This document shows positions 18,342 through 28,761 of a stretch of DNA of 64,000 bases, piece by piece (the stretch's first letter is position 1; the number at the start of each line of letters is the position of its first letter). The translations under genes and the position numbers were made by a program. Source of the stretch: an uncultured bacterium (lineage in GTDB: Bacteria; Zixibacteria; MSB-5A5; UBA10806); the NCBI GenBank assembly GCA_965541585.1, contig CBEUCH010000001.1, forward strand, positions 256,001 through 320,000. The letters are read 5' to 3'. The notes under the pieces were generated by a model. It did no database searches and was not told the origin of the DNA. It worked only from the letters and a program-made list of their open reading frames with translations.

Positions 18342-19718
18342 ATGATTTTTTCAGAAATGAATAATAGGAGTCAGAGAGGTTCTGTACTGGTAATGGCGGC
18401 GGTGCTATCGTTTGCCATGTTTTTGCTGGGGCTGTCTTACCTGGGTTTCTCCAACCAGGTAATGATGGAGACGGAGGAGATAGTGACCGGAATGCAGGCG
18501 TATTACGCCGCCGCAGCCGGTGTCATAGAGGGCATCGTATATACTACACTATATGAACCTGGCACCAATAGCAAGATAAAGACGAAGAAGTTCTATGAAA
18601 AAGTTCAGTATGAGGGATATATCTACTTCAGCGGCTATGATATCGGGATTTATTCTCTCAACGCCGACTATATTGTAACCGGAACGGGAATTGCCAGTTC
18701 CTATTCGGGGTTTGAACGGCGGTATACCATTTCCAGCCAATTTGTCAAGGAAACGTTCGCGGATTATCTCTACCTGACCGTCGATGAACACGATTTGGTT
18801 TATGGCAACCGGATATATTTCTGGACCCCGGATACCCTTGACGGTAAGGTTCATACTAATGATGTCATAAGTATAATGCCGTGGTCTGATCGGCCGGTAT
18901 TCAAAAAGCGAGTTACATCGTCGGCGGGCTATATATCTCCTCCCGACAACCATGCCAGGTTCGATGAGGGATTATTCTTGAACCAGCCGGAGATCATATT
19001 TCCTGATCGAGCGGAGGAGGTTCGGCACTATGCCGGCGACATGTACACTTACGGCAGTAACCATCCCGATTCGGTTTATTGGCTGGCCTTTCTCGGTCCC
19101 GGCTACAAGCTGCGAAAATCGGGGGATCGGGGCGACACCTGGGCTGCAGATTGGCCGGAACTGCCATTGATACCATTACCGCCCTCAAGAGCAATTTACA
19201 TCGACGGTAAATCCTGGATTTCAACCACGCAATTTCCTGATTCTGCCAACCCCCGTGACGGCCGCCTGGATGGCCGGGTGACAGTCGCGAGCTCTGATAC
19301 AATGTACATCCGGGGGCAGACTCTCTACTCGTGTTTTGACGAGGCTAACAATATCGTGCCCACGAATTGCAATGATGCCCTGGGCCTGATCTCTGAGAAA
19401 TGGATTCTGGTATCGGACAGGCTGCCCGGCTGGCATTATGGAATTAAGATTAACGCCGGGATGGCGGCATTGCGCGGCTCGTTTTCTGTGGATAGGATTT
19501 ATAATTACAGTGCTCAGGAGCACCAATCGCTTTTCGTTTACGGTTCAATTGCTCAATACCACAGGGGAATAGTGCATCGCGGTTCATGTGGTTCGGGGGT
19601 GGGGTATTGTCAAAAAGATTACAAGTATGACGATCGGTTCAGGAAGAATCCGCCGCCGCACTTCATATCGATCGATAACAGAAGGCCCATTTATCGTGAG
19701 GGTTTCTACGTGGGGTGA
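18342..19718 (+). CDS. large PilX-like pilin, paralogue 2 (DUF4900-like C-terminus)
   Basis: Same architecture: G|SVLVM, DTLDGKVHTND, LGLISEK and YKYDDRF..PPPHF. AAGGAG RBS before ATG 18342. Confidence 0.8.
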   Translation: MIFSEMNNRSQRGSVLVMAAVLSFAMFLLGLSYLGFSNQVMMETEEIVTGMQAYYAAAAGVIEGIVYTTLYEPGTNSKIKTKKFYEKVQYEGYIYFSGYDIGIYSLNADYIVTGTGIASSYSGFERRYTISSQFVKETFADYLYLTVDEHDLVYGNRIYFWTPDTLDGKVHTNDVISIMPWSDRPVFKKRVTSSAGYISPPDNHARFDEGLFLNQPEIIFPDRAEEVRHYAGDMYTYGSNHPDSVYWLAFLGPGYKLRKSGDRGDTWAADWPELPLIPLPPSRAIYIDGKSWISTTQFPDSANPRDGRLDGRVTVASSDTMYIRGQTLYSCFDEANNIVPTNCNDALGLISEKWILVSDRLPGWHYGIKINAGMAALRGSFSVDRIYNYSAQEHQSLFVYGSIAQYHRGIVHRGSCGSGVGYCQKDYKYDDRFRKNPPPHFISIDNRRPIYREGFYVG

Positions 19719-19754
19719 GAATGAGTTTTCAGTCTTGCTAAATCGGGGAGTTTT

Positions 19755-20810
19755 ATGGCGAAATCGTTTTTTGGATTAGATATCGGAACCTATTCGGTGA
19801 AGCTGGTGGAGATCGATAATGAAAACGGCCGTTACAGGCTCAAGAATTATTCCATTGTCGACCTCTACAGGGAAGGCGAAGAATACGATATTGAAGGGAC
19901 AAGCTATAGCCGTCAGAGCGAAGCACTGAAGAGTTGTTTTAGACAATTGAGGTTGAATCCCAAAAGGGTGAAAAATTTGAACTGCTCTATGGGGGGCACG
20001 ACCATTGCGGTCAAGCAGATAAGATCGATTCCCCTTGGAGCCGAGGAAATGGAATCGTCTCTATCTTTCGAAGCTCGTAAGCATCTACCGCTCGACGACA
20101 CGGATGCTATTCTGGATTTTCAGATTCTGGATGGTGGTGCCGACGCGCCTCATATGGATATATTGCTTGTAGCAACCACCAAGAAAGCATTCCAATATCG
20201 GGTGAAGCTTCTTCGGGAACTGGGGATCAGACCGAAGATTGTGGATGCCGAGAGCACCGCCATCGTCAATTCCTACCTTGTGCCAAGAGGCAAACCGGCC
20301 GGTGAGGGCGCCCTGATATTTCTTGATGTGGGCGCTAAGTTTTCAAACCTGACGATTTTTTCAGATCAGAGTATGTTTTTTTCACGTGATATTCCGATAG
20401 GCGGGCATAAGCTTACTGAGGACGTGAGATCCTTGCATGATCTTGAATACAAAGAAGCCGAGAACCTGAAAAGGGAGAAAGGCATGGGCGCGTTTTTAGG
20501 CGGATCCGAAGGCGGGAATTCATCTATCCGCGTGGAGCGCCGGATGGCGATCGATGGATTGATAGATGAAATACGAAGATCGCTTCGGTATTATACCAAG
20601 GAAACCGGCACTAGGGAATTTGAAAAAATATTGATGAGCGGCGGTTCGGCATCGATGCCCAATTTCAATTCTCACCTGGCCCAGGCGCTGTCGATGAACG
20701 TCGAGATCTACAATCCTTTCGAGCTATTTACGGTTCCGCCCGGTTTCTCCGATTCGGTGGCAGCCCAGATAGCAACGGCCTGCGGTTTGGCCTTGAGGGA
20801 GGAGCAGTGA
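19755..20810 (+). CDS. pilM: type IV pilus assembly protein PilM
   Basis: Actin-like motifs GLDIGTYSVKLV, LDVGA, EIRRSLRYY, MSGGSA and ACGLALR. Confidence 0.92.
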   Translation: MAKSFFGLDIGTYSVKLVEIDNENGRYRLKNYSIVDLYREGEEYDIEGTSYSRQSEALKSCFRQLRLNPKRVKNLNCSMGGTTIAVKQIRSIPLGAEEMESSLSFEARKHLPLDDTDAILDFQILDGGADAPHMDILLVATTKKAFQYRVKLLRELGIRPKIVDAESTAIVNSYLVPRGKPAGEGALIFLDVGAKFSNLTIFSDQSMFFSRDIPIGGHKLTEDVRSLHDLEYKEAENLKREKGMGAFLGGSEGGNSSIRVERRMAIDGLIDEIRRSLRYYTKETGTREFEKILMSGGSASMPNFNSHLAQALSMNVEIYNPFELFTVPPGFSDSVAAQIATACGLALREEQ

Positions 20811-21385
20811 GGGCACGATATTATTCAATCAACCTTAATAAGGCCTCGAACCAGCTCGATCAATTCGAGCAGGCACAAAAGAGAAGGAGGGTTCTCTCTC
20901 TCGCCTTTCTGTTTGCAGTCATATTTGCTGCCATGGGAGTTGTAGGCTATAAGACTTATCAGGTTCAGAAAACGATAGAGAAGTATAGATCGGAATACAG
21001 ATCGATCGAGGATAGAATTACACAGCTTGAAGCCTCCAGCGATTATCTTTCGCCCGAGGATGTATTCACTCTCGCGGAAATCACCAGGGAAAGACTGACG
21101 TGGTCGGAAAAGCTTTCCGTCCTCGGCAACATTCTGCCGAAGGACGTGGCCATAACCGAGCTTACATTTGACGGAAACCTGAATGCCTTCTTGATCAAAG
21201 GGATTTCCAAAGTCAAACCGGGATTGAAAGATCTCGATCTTGTAGTAGCCATCATTAATCTGGTGAAGGCCCAGGAAGGTTTCAGTGCCGATTTTTCGGA
21301 GATTAAATTCCAATCATCTCAGAGAGTGAGGCACCGCGAGCAGGAAATGGTTAGATTTGAGATTGCCTGTTTAATAAAGAGTTGA
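20807..21385 (+). CDS. pilN: PilN-like alignment protein
   Basis: SINL motif, TM segment, coiled coil and LPKDVAITEL. Follows pilM with a GTGA overlap. Confidence 0.8.
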   Translation: MRARYYSINLNKASNQLDQFEQAQKRRRVLSLAFLFAVIFAAMGVVGYKTYQVQKTIEKYRSEYRSIEDRITQLEASSDYLSPEDVFTLAEITRERLTWSEKLSVLGNILPKDVAITELTFDGNLNAFLIKGISKVKPGLKDLDLVVAIINLVKAQEGFSADFSEIKFQSSQRVRHREQEMVRFEIACLIKS

Positions 21386-21398
21386 ACCCGGAGAAACG

Positions 21399-22007
21399 AT
21401 GAAGACAAGTCTGATTATCTTCCTGTTGATGGTGATTCTACTTGGAGGTAATTATTTCTACTATGATCGTGTTATAGTACGCCAGCCTCAGGAGGTTGAA
21501 ATGCTCTTGAGGCAGATAGATGAAAAGAACAAGCAGCTTCTGGCGGCGCAGATTTTAGCGGAGAAGAGGGAAGGCGTTACTATGTTAATTCATAGTAACC
21601 TCGTCGAGAGCCCAAGTGATTCGCTGGCGGAGAAAGCCTCCATTCCGTTCTTACGCTATCTGACATCGACCATGGATAGACTGGGCATTCGGCTTGTATC
21701 GTTAACGCCCCGGGAAGTGATAGGTACAGACGACCCGATATCGATGAGCCAGAAGGAGTATATCGAGGTTCCTTACGAGATGAAGGTGATTGCATCGTAT
21801 AAGGAGTTTGGAAGGTTTCTGGATGTACTGGAGAAATCGCCGCACCTCATAAAGGTAAACGCTTTTGTATTAACCAACGATATCGAGCAGTCCGTTTTTA
21901 CCGAGGAGATTATCGGCAAGCCCAGGCAACATCCGATTCAGCTGGAGATAAGCACTTTAGCAATTTTGAAAGCGAGTTATAGAAGTGAATCAGGAGAGCA
22001 TTTTTAA
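21399..22007 (+). CDS. pilO: PilO-like alignment protein
   Basis: TM segment, coiled coil and EYIEVPYEMKVIASYKEFGRFLDVLE. Confidence 0.82.
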   Translation: MKTSLIIFLLMVILLGGNYFYYDRVIVRQPQEVEMLLRQIDEKNKQLLAAQILAEKREGVTMLIHSNLVESPSDSLAEKASIPFLRYLTSTMDRLGIRLVSLTPREVIGTDDPISMSQKEYIEVPYEMKVIASYKEFGRFLDVLEKSPHLIKVNAFVLTNDIEQSVFTEEIIGKPRQHPIQLEISTLAILKASYRSESGEHF

Positions 22008-22548
22008 AGGTTTGGCCGTGGTCGCGGTCACGGCTCTGGTTATTTTCATAGGCTATTCATTGTTCAGAGTCTACTATTGGGCGCCCGGGCAGGAGCATGG
22101 CGGAGCAGGTGCATCAGTGACTCTGGAGGAAAACATTGCGTTGAAAGCCTCCATAGACACGCTTGAGACGATGTGGAACGATCGTCAAAACTATGTTTTC
22201 AGGTTGGCGCAGGATCCGTTACATCTTGGACGCGTGATAAAGAATTTTGAGTACGCCAAGGCCGGCCAGTATGAATCGGAGGAGGAAGACGTAATCAGAC
22301 TATCCGCCACCGTCATAGACGACAATCCGAAAGCCATTATCAAATATAGCGGTAAGAGTTATGTGGTGCAGGTGGGTGATATGATAGGCAAGAATATCAA
22401 GGTATTGAAAATAGAAAAAATGCAGGTCATTATTGACAACCGGGGCAAGAGAATGGCGCTGATGAATAAGCCGATATCGGGTTCCGGGAATTCTCTGGAG
22501 GGTTCTGCTTATTCCAACAACTCCAAAAACACCATCTACAATTATTGA
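21985..22548 (+). CDS. PilP/GspC-like protein
   Basis: Lies between pilO and pilQ. Contains DPL and IRLSATV..KAII..YVVQVGDMIG..KVLKIE. Has a TM anchor rather than a lipobox. Confidence 0.7.
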   Translation: MNQESIFKGLAVVAVTALVIFIGYSLFRVYYWAPGQEHGGAGASVTLEENIALKASIDTLETMWNDRQNYVFRLAQDPLHLGRVIKNFEYAKAGQYESEEEDVIRLSATVIDDNPKAIIKYSGKSYVVQVGDMIGKNIKVLKIEKMQVIIDNRGKRMALMNKPISGSGNSLEGSAYSNNSKNTIYNY

Positions 22549-22555
22549 ACATGAT

Positions 22556-24106
22556 GTGCGGGTAATTTTTAAGGAGGAGATTTTGACTAAGGCATCTGTG
22601 TGGGGTACAATTATAGTATTAGCTGTGTGGTTTTTTGGGATATCGCCGGGAGCCGTCCTGGGACAACCCTCGCCAGAGAGTGATGCATTACCTGAGGAAT
22701 TGCAGCGCGGGTTGGCCAAGACGGTAACCCTCGATGCAGATGATGCTTTTCTGCCGTCGATTCTTACCATCCTGGCCGAGAAATCGGGTTTCAATATTGT
22801 AACTGGTCCCGGGGTAAACACCAGGGAGCGAATCTCCGTCCATCTCAAGGATACACCGATTGAAGAAGCCATAAACCTGGTGGTCAGGGCCGCCGGTCTT
22901 TCGTATGAAATCGTCGGGAATTCTTTTCTGGTTGCTGAGGCCGAGGCTCTGGAACAGGAGATAGGAATATCAGCGCACGTAATCGATCTTAAATACGCCA
23001 GCGCGAACGAGATGAAAGAATTGCTGCAGGACCTGACGGAAAGAATACAGATCGATACATCCGGCAACAGGATTCTGGTGATGGCCAGCCCGAAGATAAT
23101 CTCAGACATAAAAAATATTGTTCAGAGTATAGATAAGCCTGCAAGCCAGGTCTTGCTGGAGGCCAGGCTGATTGAAGTGGCCACCGACGATCTCGATAGG
23201 ATGGGAATCGATTGGGAGAAGCTCTCTCACCTTACCACGATACTCGCTGAATCGCCTCTAGTCAGGGAAAGTTTCACCGGCGCCACGGATGGCTCGTCGC
23301 GTCCACCGAACGAAACTGATTTTGGCGGCGAGTTTCCGGATCTGGATGAGCTTCCCGAAAAATACACCTTCGAGAAGATTGAAGGATTAGACAATGTGTT
23401 TCAATTCTCCCGTCAATTGAACGCTTTCGATATTACACTGGATTTTCTGATAAAGCGTAATAAGGCCAAGGTACTGGCTCACGCCCAGTTGACCACCATG
23501 AACAATCGCGAGGCGACCATCCTGATTGGCGAAACGATGATCTTCGCCGTGACGTCGAGGGAAAATGCCATCGTAATAAGAGACTCTATTGGTATCAAAC
23601 TGCATATTACTCCCACAATTAATTCGGATGATTTTATCACCGTGAAGGTCATGCCGGAGGTCTCTTCCATAATAGAACTGGTTCTCGACCTGTATCCTCG
23701 CAAAAAAATCAGAACGGCATCCACAACTGTGCTCGTCAAAGACGGTCAGAAGATCTTTATCGGCGGATTATTCTCAGTGGACGATTCAGAAGTTGAATTC
23801 AGGATTCCTCTGCTCTCAAATCTGCCTTTGATAGGGAATCTCTTCAAGCATTCATACTACGCCACCAAGAAGACGAATCTTCTGATCGAGGTAACCCCGC
23901 GTATTGTCAGGCAGGATGTGAGTTATTCGGATGCGGCGAATTTGACGAGCAATGGTAATCGTATTCTGGATGATGGAGTTATCACGGATTTAGAAAACCT
24001 CGAGCCCGATATTAGAGATTTAAAGGAATTCAAACCCGACGTTGAAGAAATAAAAAAGAATCAGGAGGAGATGACAACTCCTCTCGAAGAGAGATTAGAG
24101 GAGTAA
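22556..24106 (+). CDS. pilQ: secretin PilQ/GspD
   Basis: Motifs QVLLEARLIEV, MGIDW, IGIKLHITPTI, VLVKDGQKIFIGGL, IPLLSNLPLIGNLFK and LLIEVTPRI. The true start may be TTG 22583, behind AAGGAGG. Confidence 0.92.
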   Translation: MRVIFKEEILTKASVWGTIIVLAVWFFGISPGAVLGQPSPESDALPEELQRGLAKTVTLDADDAFLPSILTILAEKSGFNIVTGPGVNTRERISVHLKDTPIEEAINLVVRAAGLSYEIVGNSFLVAEAEALEQEIGISAHVIDLKYASANEMKELLQDLTERIQIDTSGNRILVMASPKIISDIKNIVQSIDKPASQVLLEARLIEVATDDLDRMGIDWEKLSHLTTILAESPLVRESFTGATDGSSRPPNETDFGGEFPDLDELPEKYTFEKIEGLDNVFQFSRQLNAFDITLDFLIKRNKAKVLAHAQLTTMNNREATILIGETMIFAVTSRENAIVIRDSIGIKLHITPTINSDDFITVKVMPEVSSIIELVLDLYPRKKIRTASTTVLVKDGQKIFIGGLFSVDDSEVEFRIPLLSNLPLIGNLFKHSYYATKKTNLLIEVTPRIVRQDVSYSDAANLTSNGNRILDDGVITDLENLEPDIRDLKEFKPDVEEIKKNQEEMTTPLEERLEE

Positions 24107-24150
24107 GGAAATTTAGAATCTCGGAAACTCTAAATGACCAGGAGGATCCC

Positions 24151-26955
24151 ATGTTATTAAGAGGAAAGGCCAGGCCGGTGATTGCCGGGATTATAACGCT
24201 GGCCATGATGATCACCATAGCCGTGATATCCTGTGACAGGAGGCATGGAGTAGATCCAATAGCCTTGCAGGCAGGTAATGTGGATGATATTATCATAGCC
24301 TTAAGCCCGCCCCAGGTATATTTGCCATCGCCGGAAGATATCGACACGGTGCTTGTCCTTATCGCTGTGATAAATGAGGATGGTGTGGGCATGGAGAGTG
24401 TCGCTGTTAGAGTCACCTGTTCCCCGGTCATCGGGGTTATCAGTCAGCCGGGCCAAACAGATTCCATGGGTACCACCTACGCCGCATTCGTAAACGCACC
24501 CGGGGTCTACGGTGCTACCACCATCGAGGCAACTGCCGGCTCGATGTCCGCCGCCAGAGAACTATATATTTCCGGGCCCTCCGAATTCTCCATGAGCCTG
24601 AATTACTCGCCGCCGGAGGAAAAACTCATCGATCATGAGGGCGATCCTTACAATGTCACCGTCACGCTGGTCGACACTACGCAGAGAGGAGTGGCCGGTC
24701 AGCAGGTTAGATTCTCTATTCTGAATCGTGTCGGCAGGCTTTCTTTTGAGGACACTACGACCACCATACCGGTGACTAATAGCGAGGGAATGGTAACCGC
24801 TTTATTTTACAACACACAGGATGACGAGATTAATAATCCCGATACTGCAAAGGTTCAGGCGGTAACCACCTCGCCCTCGGATCCCTCGAATCCAATTGCA
24901 GCAACGGTTTCCATTCCCCTCCGTCCCGTGCAGAATTCCATGATCGTGGAGGCCGTTTCCGAGACCGTCTATGGCGACGGGTCGGATTCGACAATTATCA
25001 GAGCGTTCCTGCTCGATACCTACGGTCATGGTATTGTCGGCGATACCGTTGTCTTCACCAATCTGGGGAGGGATGGCCAGATTCCGCCCAAAGTGGTTAC
25101 TGATGGCAGCGGGGTTGCCGAAACCGCGTTCAGGCCCTACGCCGACCATCTGGGGGTAACGGAAATATTGGCCGGCTACAGAGAAGACACCATCCATGAG
25201 GCCATTGATACGGTGGAGGTGGAAATTCTGCCGGTTCGCGCAATCGCCGTTATAACGGTATCACTGCAGACACAAACCGTTATAGCCAACGGGCAGGATT
25301 CGTCAACCATATTTATCTTCGTTCAGGACTCGTCCGGAGGATCGATAGCCGATGGTACCTCGGTCTTTCTTGAGAATACGGGCACCGGGAGTCTCTCGCA
25401 TTTCCAGGTTGAGACCACCAATGGTCAGGCAAGGACTGCGATCAGGGCGCCTGCCAATATCGAAAGCGGCCCGAAGGTCGATTCGATCTTCGTCTGGGGA
25501 AATTCCAGCGATACGACAATCGTGGCGGATACCGCCGTCGTTACTTATGTTCCCGATGTCGTTTATGAATTGGTGATTATCAGGCCTGATTCGACTGTAA
25601 CATTAGTAGCCGGGTCGAACGCGTCCGATACCGTGCAGGTTTTCGCTAAAGACGCCAACGGCAATCCGGTGGCCAATGGGACTCAGATCAGCTTTGTAAA
25701 TGAGATTCCTTCTTCAACCATAGTTCCCCAAGAAGCCCAGACTGTGGACGGTATCGCCACGGCCGTTTATCTCGTGGGTACCGAAACTGGGAATGACAAC
25801 GTTAAAGCCTTCGTGCCTGATCCCGGTGAACCGACAGATACAATCTGGTCGGTGCGTCCGGCTGTTTTCCGCATCATATCCTCCGAAGCTACAACCCTGG
25901 TGCTGTCTTCGAGCGAGGATCACATTGCTGTGGGCGGAGCGTCGTGCCAGATAATAGCGACACTCCAGGATGCCAACGGCAACCCCCTCTCGGAGGGTTA
26001 CTTCGTTGCCTTTGAGATAGTAACTGCAAGCGGGAGCCCTACCGCACCGGACGAGTGGCCCTCCTTCGATACCGAGTGGGGAGTCTATTTTGATACCGTT
26101 GAAACTGATATAATTGGCCAGGCAATAGTGCAGATTTATTCGGGAACGGAAGCGGGGCCGGTTTCGATTGAGGCCTGCACCATACCGTTGCCTCCGGATT
26201 CTCTTTTCGTGTGCGACGAAAGGTCGTTGATTACGATCTCCTCCGGTCCCCCAGCCTTCGTTAGCGTTTCCCCCGCTCCCGTAGCGGAGGCCTCAAATCC
26301 TAACTATCCGGAGAGATTCGTCCAGGTCGGGGCAGGAGTCTGGGATGAATTTACTAATCCGGTACAATATGGAACCGCAGTTCACTTTTCCCTGATTCCC
26401 AATTATATTGCCGAGGTGGAGGGTAACTCATTTACCGGTGGAGCAAAACCGTATCATCCGGATTCGGTTGACGGATGGGCGTTCTCTCGCATCATATACG
26501 GGTGCTATGAAACGTTAGCCAGTCTGCAGGTGGTGGCGACGTCCGGCGGCGAAGACAGAGAACAGGTAGCTGACACATCTGCCGAGTTTAAGCTCCCGAT
26601 CTACAACCCCAGTGTCTTTCTCTCGGCAAATCCCGGGAACCTGCGGTGCGCCGGCCCGGGCGATAATGAATGCGACCAATCGTCAATCACGGCCCTGCTT
26701 ACGGACGGCGGAGGCTGTGCTATTCAATACGGTACAGTTAATTTCTCCGCCCTGGTGGCCGGTTCCATTATCGGGCCGACGGAGGTTATAACCGACGAGA
26801 ATGGGATTGCTGAAACCACCTATGAGATATGCGGCGACGAAATACCCACACCACCGGATGGTATCCCCCGAATTGAAACGAAAGTCCGGGCCGTCCTGTT
26901 TGGATATTCTGAGATTGAAGCGGAGGTCGATCTCGTCTGCACCCGCCCGCAGTGA
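24151..26955 (+). CDS. lipoprotein with tandem invasin/intimin-like Ig (Big_1) domains
   Basis: Lipobox VIS-C. Repeated motifs ANGQDSSTI, KDANGNPVANGTQISF, QDANGNPL and TDENGIA. Confidence 0.8.
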   Translation: MLLRGKARPVIAGIITLAMMITIAVISCDRRHGVDPIALQAGNVDDIIIALSPPQVYLPSPEDIDTVLVLIAVINEDGVGMESVAVRVTCSPVIGVISQPGQTDSMGTTYAAFVNAPGVYGATTIEATAGSMSAARELYISGPSEFSMSLNYSPPEEKLIDHEGDPYNVTVTLVDTTQRGVAGQQVRFSILNRVGRLSFEDTTTTIPVTNSEGMVTALFYNTQDDEINNPDTAKVQAVTTSPSDPSNPIAATVSIPLRPVQNSMIVEAVSETVYGDGSDSTIIRAFLLDTYGHGIVGDTVVFTNLGRDGQIPPKVVTDGSGVAETAFRPYADHLGVTEILAGYREDTIHEAIDTVEVEILPVRAIAVITVSLQTQTVIANGQDSSTIFIFVQDSSGGSIADGTSVFLENTGTGSLSHFQVETTNGQARTAIRAPANIESGPKVDSIFVWGNSSDTTIVADTAVVTYVPDVVYELVIIRPDSTVTLVAGSNASDTVQVFAKDANGNPVANGTQISFVNEIPSSTIVPQEAQTVDGIATAVYLVGTETGNDNVKAFVPDPGEPTDTIWSVRPAVFRIISSEATTLVLSSSEDHIAVGGASCQIIATLQDANGNPLSEGYFVAFEIVTASGSPTAPDEWPSFDTEWGVYFDTVETDIIGQAIVQIYSGTEAGPVSIEACTIPLPPDSLFVCDERSLITISSGPPAFVSVSPAPVAEASNPNYPERFVQVGAGVWDEFTNPVQYGTAVHFSLIPNYIAEVEGNSFTGGAKPYHPDSVDGWAFSRIIYGCYETLASLQVVATSGGEDREQVADTSAEFKLPIYNPSVFLSANPGNLRCAGPGDNECDQSSITALLTDGGGCAIQYGTVNFSALVAGSIIGPTEVITDENGIAETTYEICGDEIPTPPDGIPRIETKVRAVLFGYSEIEAEVDLVCTRPQ

Positions 26956-26976
26956 TTTGAATATTAGAGAGGATTG

Positions 26977-28680
26977 ATGGATAAACTCGGAGAGGTTCTA
27001 CTAAAAGAGAATCTGATAACCGAAGATAAGCTCAGGTTAGGCTTAGAAAAACAGCGGGAGAACGGCAAGAGGCTTGGCGAGGCGCTTCTTGCGGAAGGCC
27101 TGATCGCCGATGAGGATCTGGCCAGGGGACTCTCCAAGCAACTTCAAATCCGCTTTGTAACGGCTGAGGATCTGCTTAAGGTCGATAAAGAGGCCCTGGA
27201 ATTTATCCCCGAGTTTTTTGCCAGGGAATACCATTGTCTGGCTTTTGCCCACGAAGAGGATCAGCTTCATGTTGTAATGGTTGATCCCGAAGACATTGTT
27301 ATTATAGACAATCTCCAGAAGATAACCTCCAGGCAGATTATAGTCGGCATCGGGGCGTTGGGAGTAATCGATGAGGCGATTGAGAGACATTATAAGGAGC
27401 TAAGGGCAACCGGCGAGGTATCCGAGGCGCTCTCAGGAATGGATTTTATCGTCTCCGCCGACGGCCAGGATCTTGATGATATAGACGTTAACGAGCTGAA
27501 AAAGGAGCTGGACGAGGCTCCTATCGTCAAACTCGTCAACCTGATTATCTCCGAGGCCATAAAAAGCAGGGCTACTGATATTCATGTCGAGCCTCTATTC
27601 GATTCTCTCCTGATACGTTACCGGGTCGATGGCGCTCTACAGGAGATAATGACTGCCCCTCTTAAATCGGCCATGGGGATTATCTCGAGGATCAAGATCA
27701 TGTCCAATCTCAACATTGCCGAGCGCCGCCTGCCTCAGGATGGCCGCATTTCAATCAAGACTCCGGATAAAGAAGTCGACGTCCGTGTCTCCGTGCTCCC
27801 GACGGTAAGAGGCGAAAAGGTGGTCTTGAGGCTTCTGGATAAGAAGGGCTTCGATTTTACTTTGACGAACCTCGGTTTGGAAAACGATATGCTCCAGATT
27901 TTCAGGAAGTGGATCAGAATGCCTTATGGAATGGTTATCGTCTCCGGTCCCACAGGGTGCGGGAAATCTACAACCCTGCATGCGGCGTTAAAGGAGATAC
28001 AGAATGAAGAGGACAATATCGTTACCGTTGAGGACCCGGTAGAATACCAGATCGACAAGATTAATCAGGTGGCTACGAACGAATCTATAGGATTGTCGTT
28101 CGCAACGACACTCAGAACGGTACTGAGGCAGGATCCTGATAAAGTCTTGATCGGCGAGATTCGCGACAAGGAGACGGCGGACATCGCCATTAAATTCTCT
28201 CTGACCGGACACCTTGTTTTCACCACGCTGCATGCCAACGACGCTCCATCCACGATGACGAGGCTTCTTGATATAGGTGTGCCGAGATATCTTGTCGGTT
28301 CGGTTACCAATCTTGTGATGGCCCAGAGGCTCGTGAGGACCATCTGCGCCGGCTGCAAGGAGGAATATAAGCCCACCGAGGAAGAGATTCTTTCGTTGAG
28401 AATGAGCCCTGATGAACACAAAGACTCGGTTTTTTGCAAAGGTAAGGGGTGCGTCCGGTGCCGCAACACCGGATATTTCGGGCGCACCGCCCTGTTTGAA
28501 TTGCTGGAGATGAAATTACCGATCAGAAAAATCGTCTTTGAGGGCGGCAATGAAGATGACCTGAGAATAGAAGCGGTAAATAACGGCCTTATCAATTTGA
28601 GAGAGGCTGGAATTCGCAAGATTCTGGCCGGTACTGTGACGGCAGAGGAAGTACTTAAGAAAACCATCGATGAAGATTAG
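26977..28680 (+). CDS. pilB: pilus assembly ATPase PilB/GspE (copy 1)
   Basis: MshEN-like KLGEVLL/RLGEALL, ERRLPQDG, GPTGCGKSTT, LRQDPD and two CxxC Zn motifs. Confidence 0.92.
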   Translation: MDKLGEVLLKENLITEDKLRLGLEKQRENGKRLGEALLAEGLIADEDLARGLSKQLQIRFVTAEDLLKVDKEALEFIPEFFAREYHCLAFAHEEDQLHVVMVDPEDIVIIDNLQKITSRQIIVGIGALGVIDEAIERHYKELRATGEVSEALSGMDFIVSADGQDLDDIDVNELKKELDEAPIVKLVNLIISEAIKSRATDIHVEPLFDSLLIRYRVDGALQEIMTAPLKSAMGIISRIKIMSNLNIAERRLPQDGRISIKTPDKEVDVRVSVLPTVRGEKVVLRLLDKKGFDFTLTNLGLENDMLQIFRKWIRMPYGMVIVSGPTGCGKSTTLHAALKEIQNEEDNIVTVEDPVEYQIDKINQVATNESIGLSFATTLRTVLRQDPDKVLIGEIRDKETADIAIKFSLTGHLVFTTLHANDAPSTMTRLLDIGVPRYLVGSVTNLVMAQRLVRTICAGCKEEYKPTEEEILSLRMSPDEHKDSVFCKGKGCVRCRNTGYFGRTALFELLEMKLPIRKIVFEGGNEDDLRIEAVNNGLINLREAGIRKILAGTVTAEEVLKKTIDED

Positions 28681-28761
28681 ATCCGCGCTGTTTTCCCGAA
28701 GGGCCTTAGGGAATTCTCATAAATCTCTACCATCAAATGCTGCTAAACGAGATTAGAATTT

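Noticed and set aside
16882..18481. Shufflon or diversity-generating retroelement acting on the PilX paralogues
   Set aside because: The repeats are direct and at the 5' ends, the mismatches are not adenine-specific, and the window has no invertase or reverse transcriptase.
22300..23109. 269-aa antisense ORF and the many similar minus-strand ORFs over pil and housekeeping genes
   Set aside because: These are shadow frames of well-supported + strand genes.
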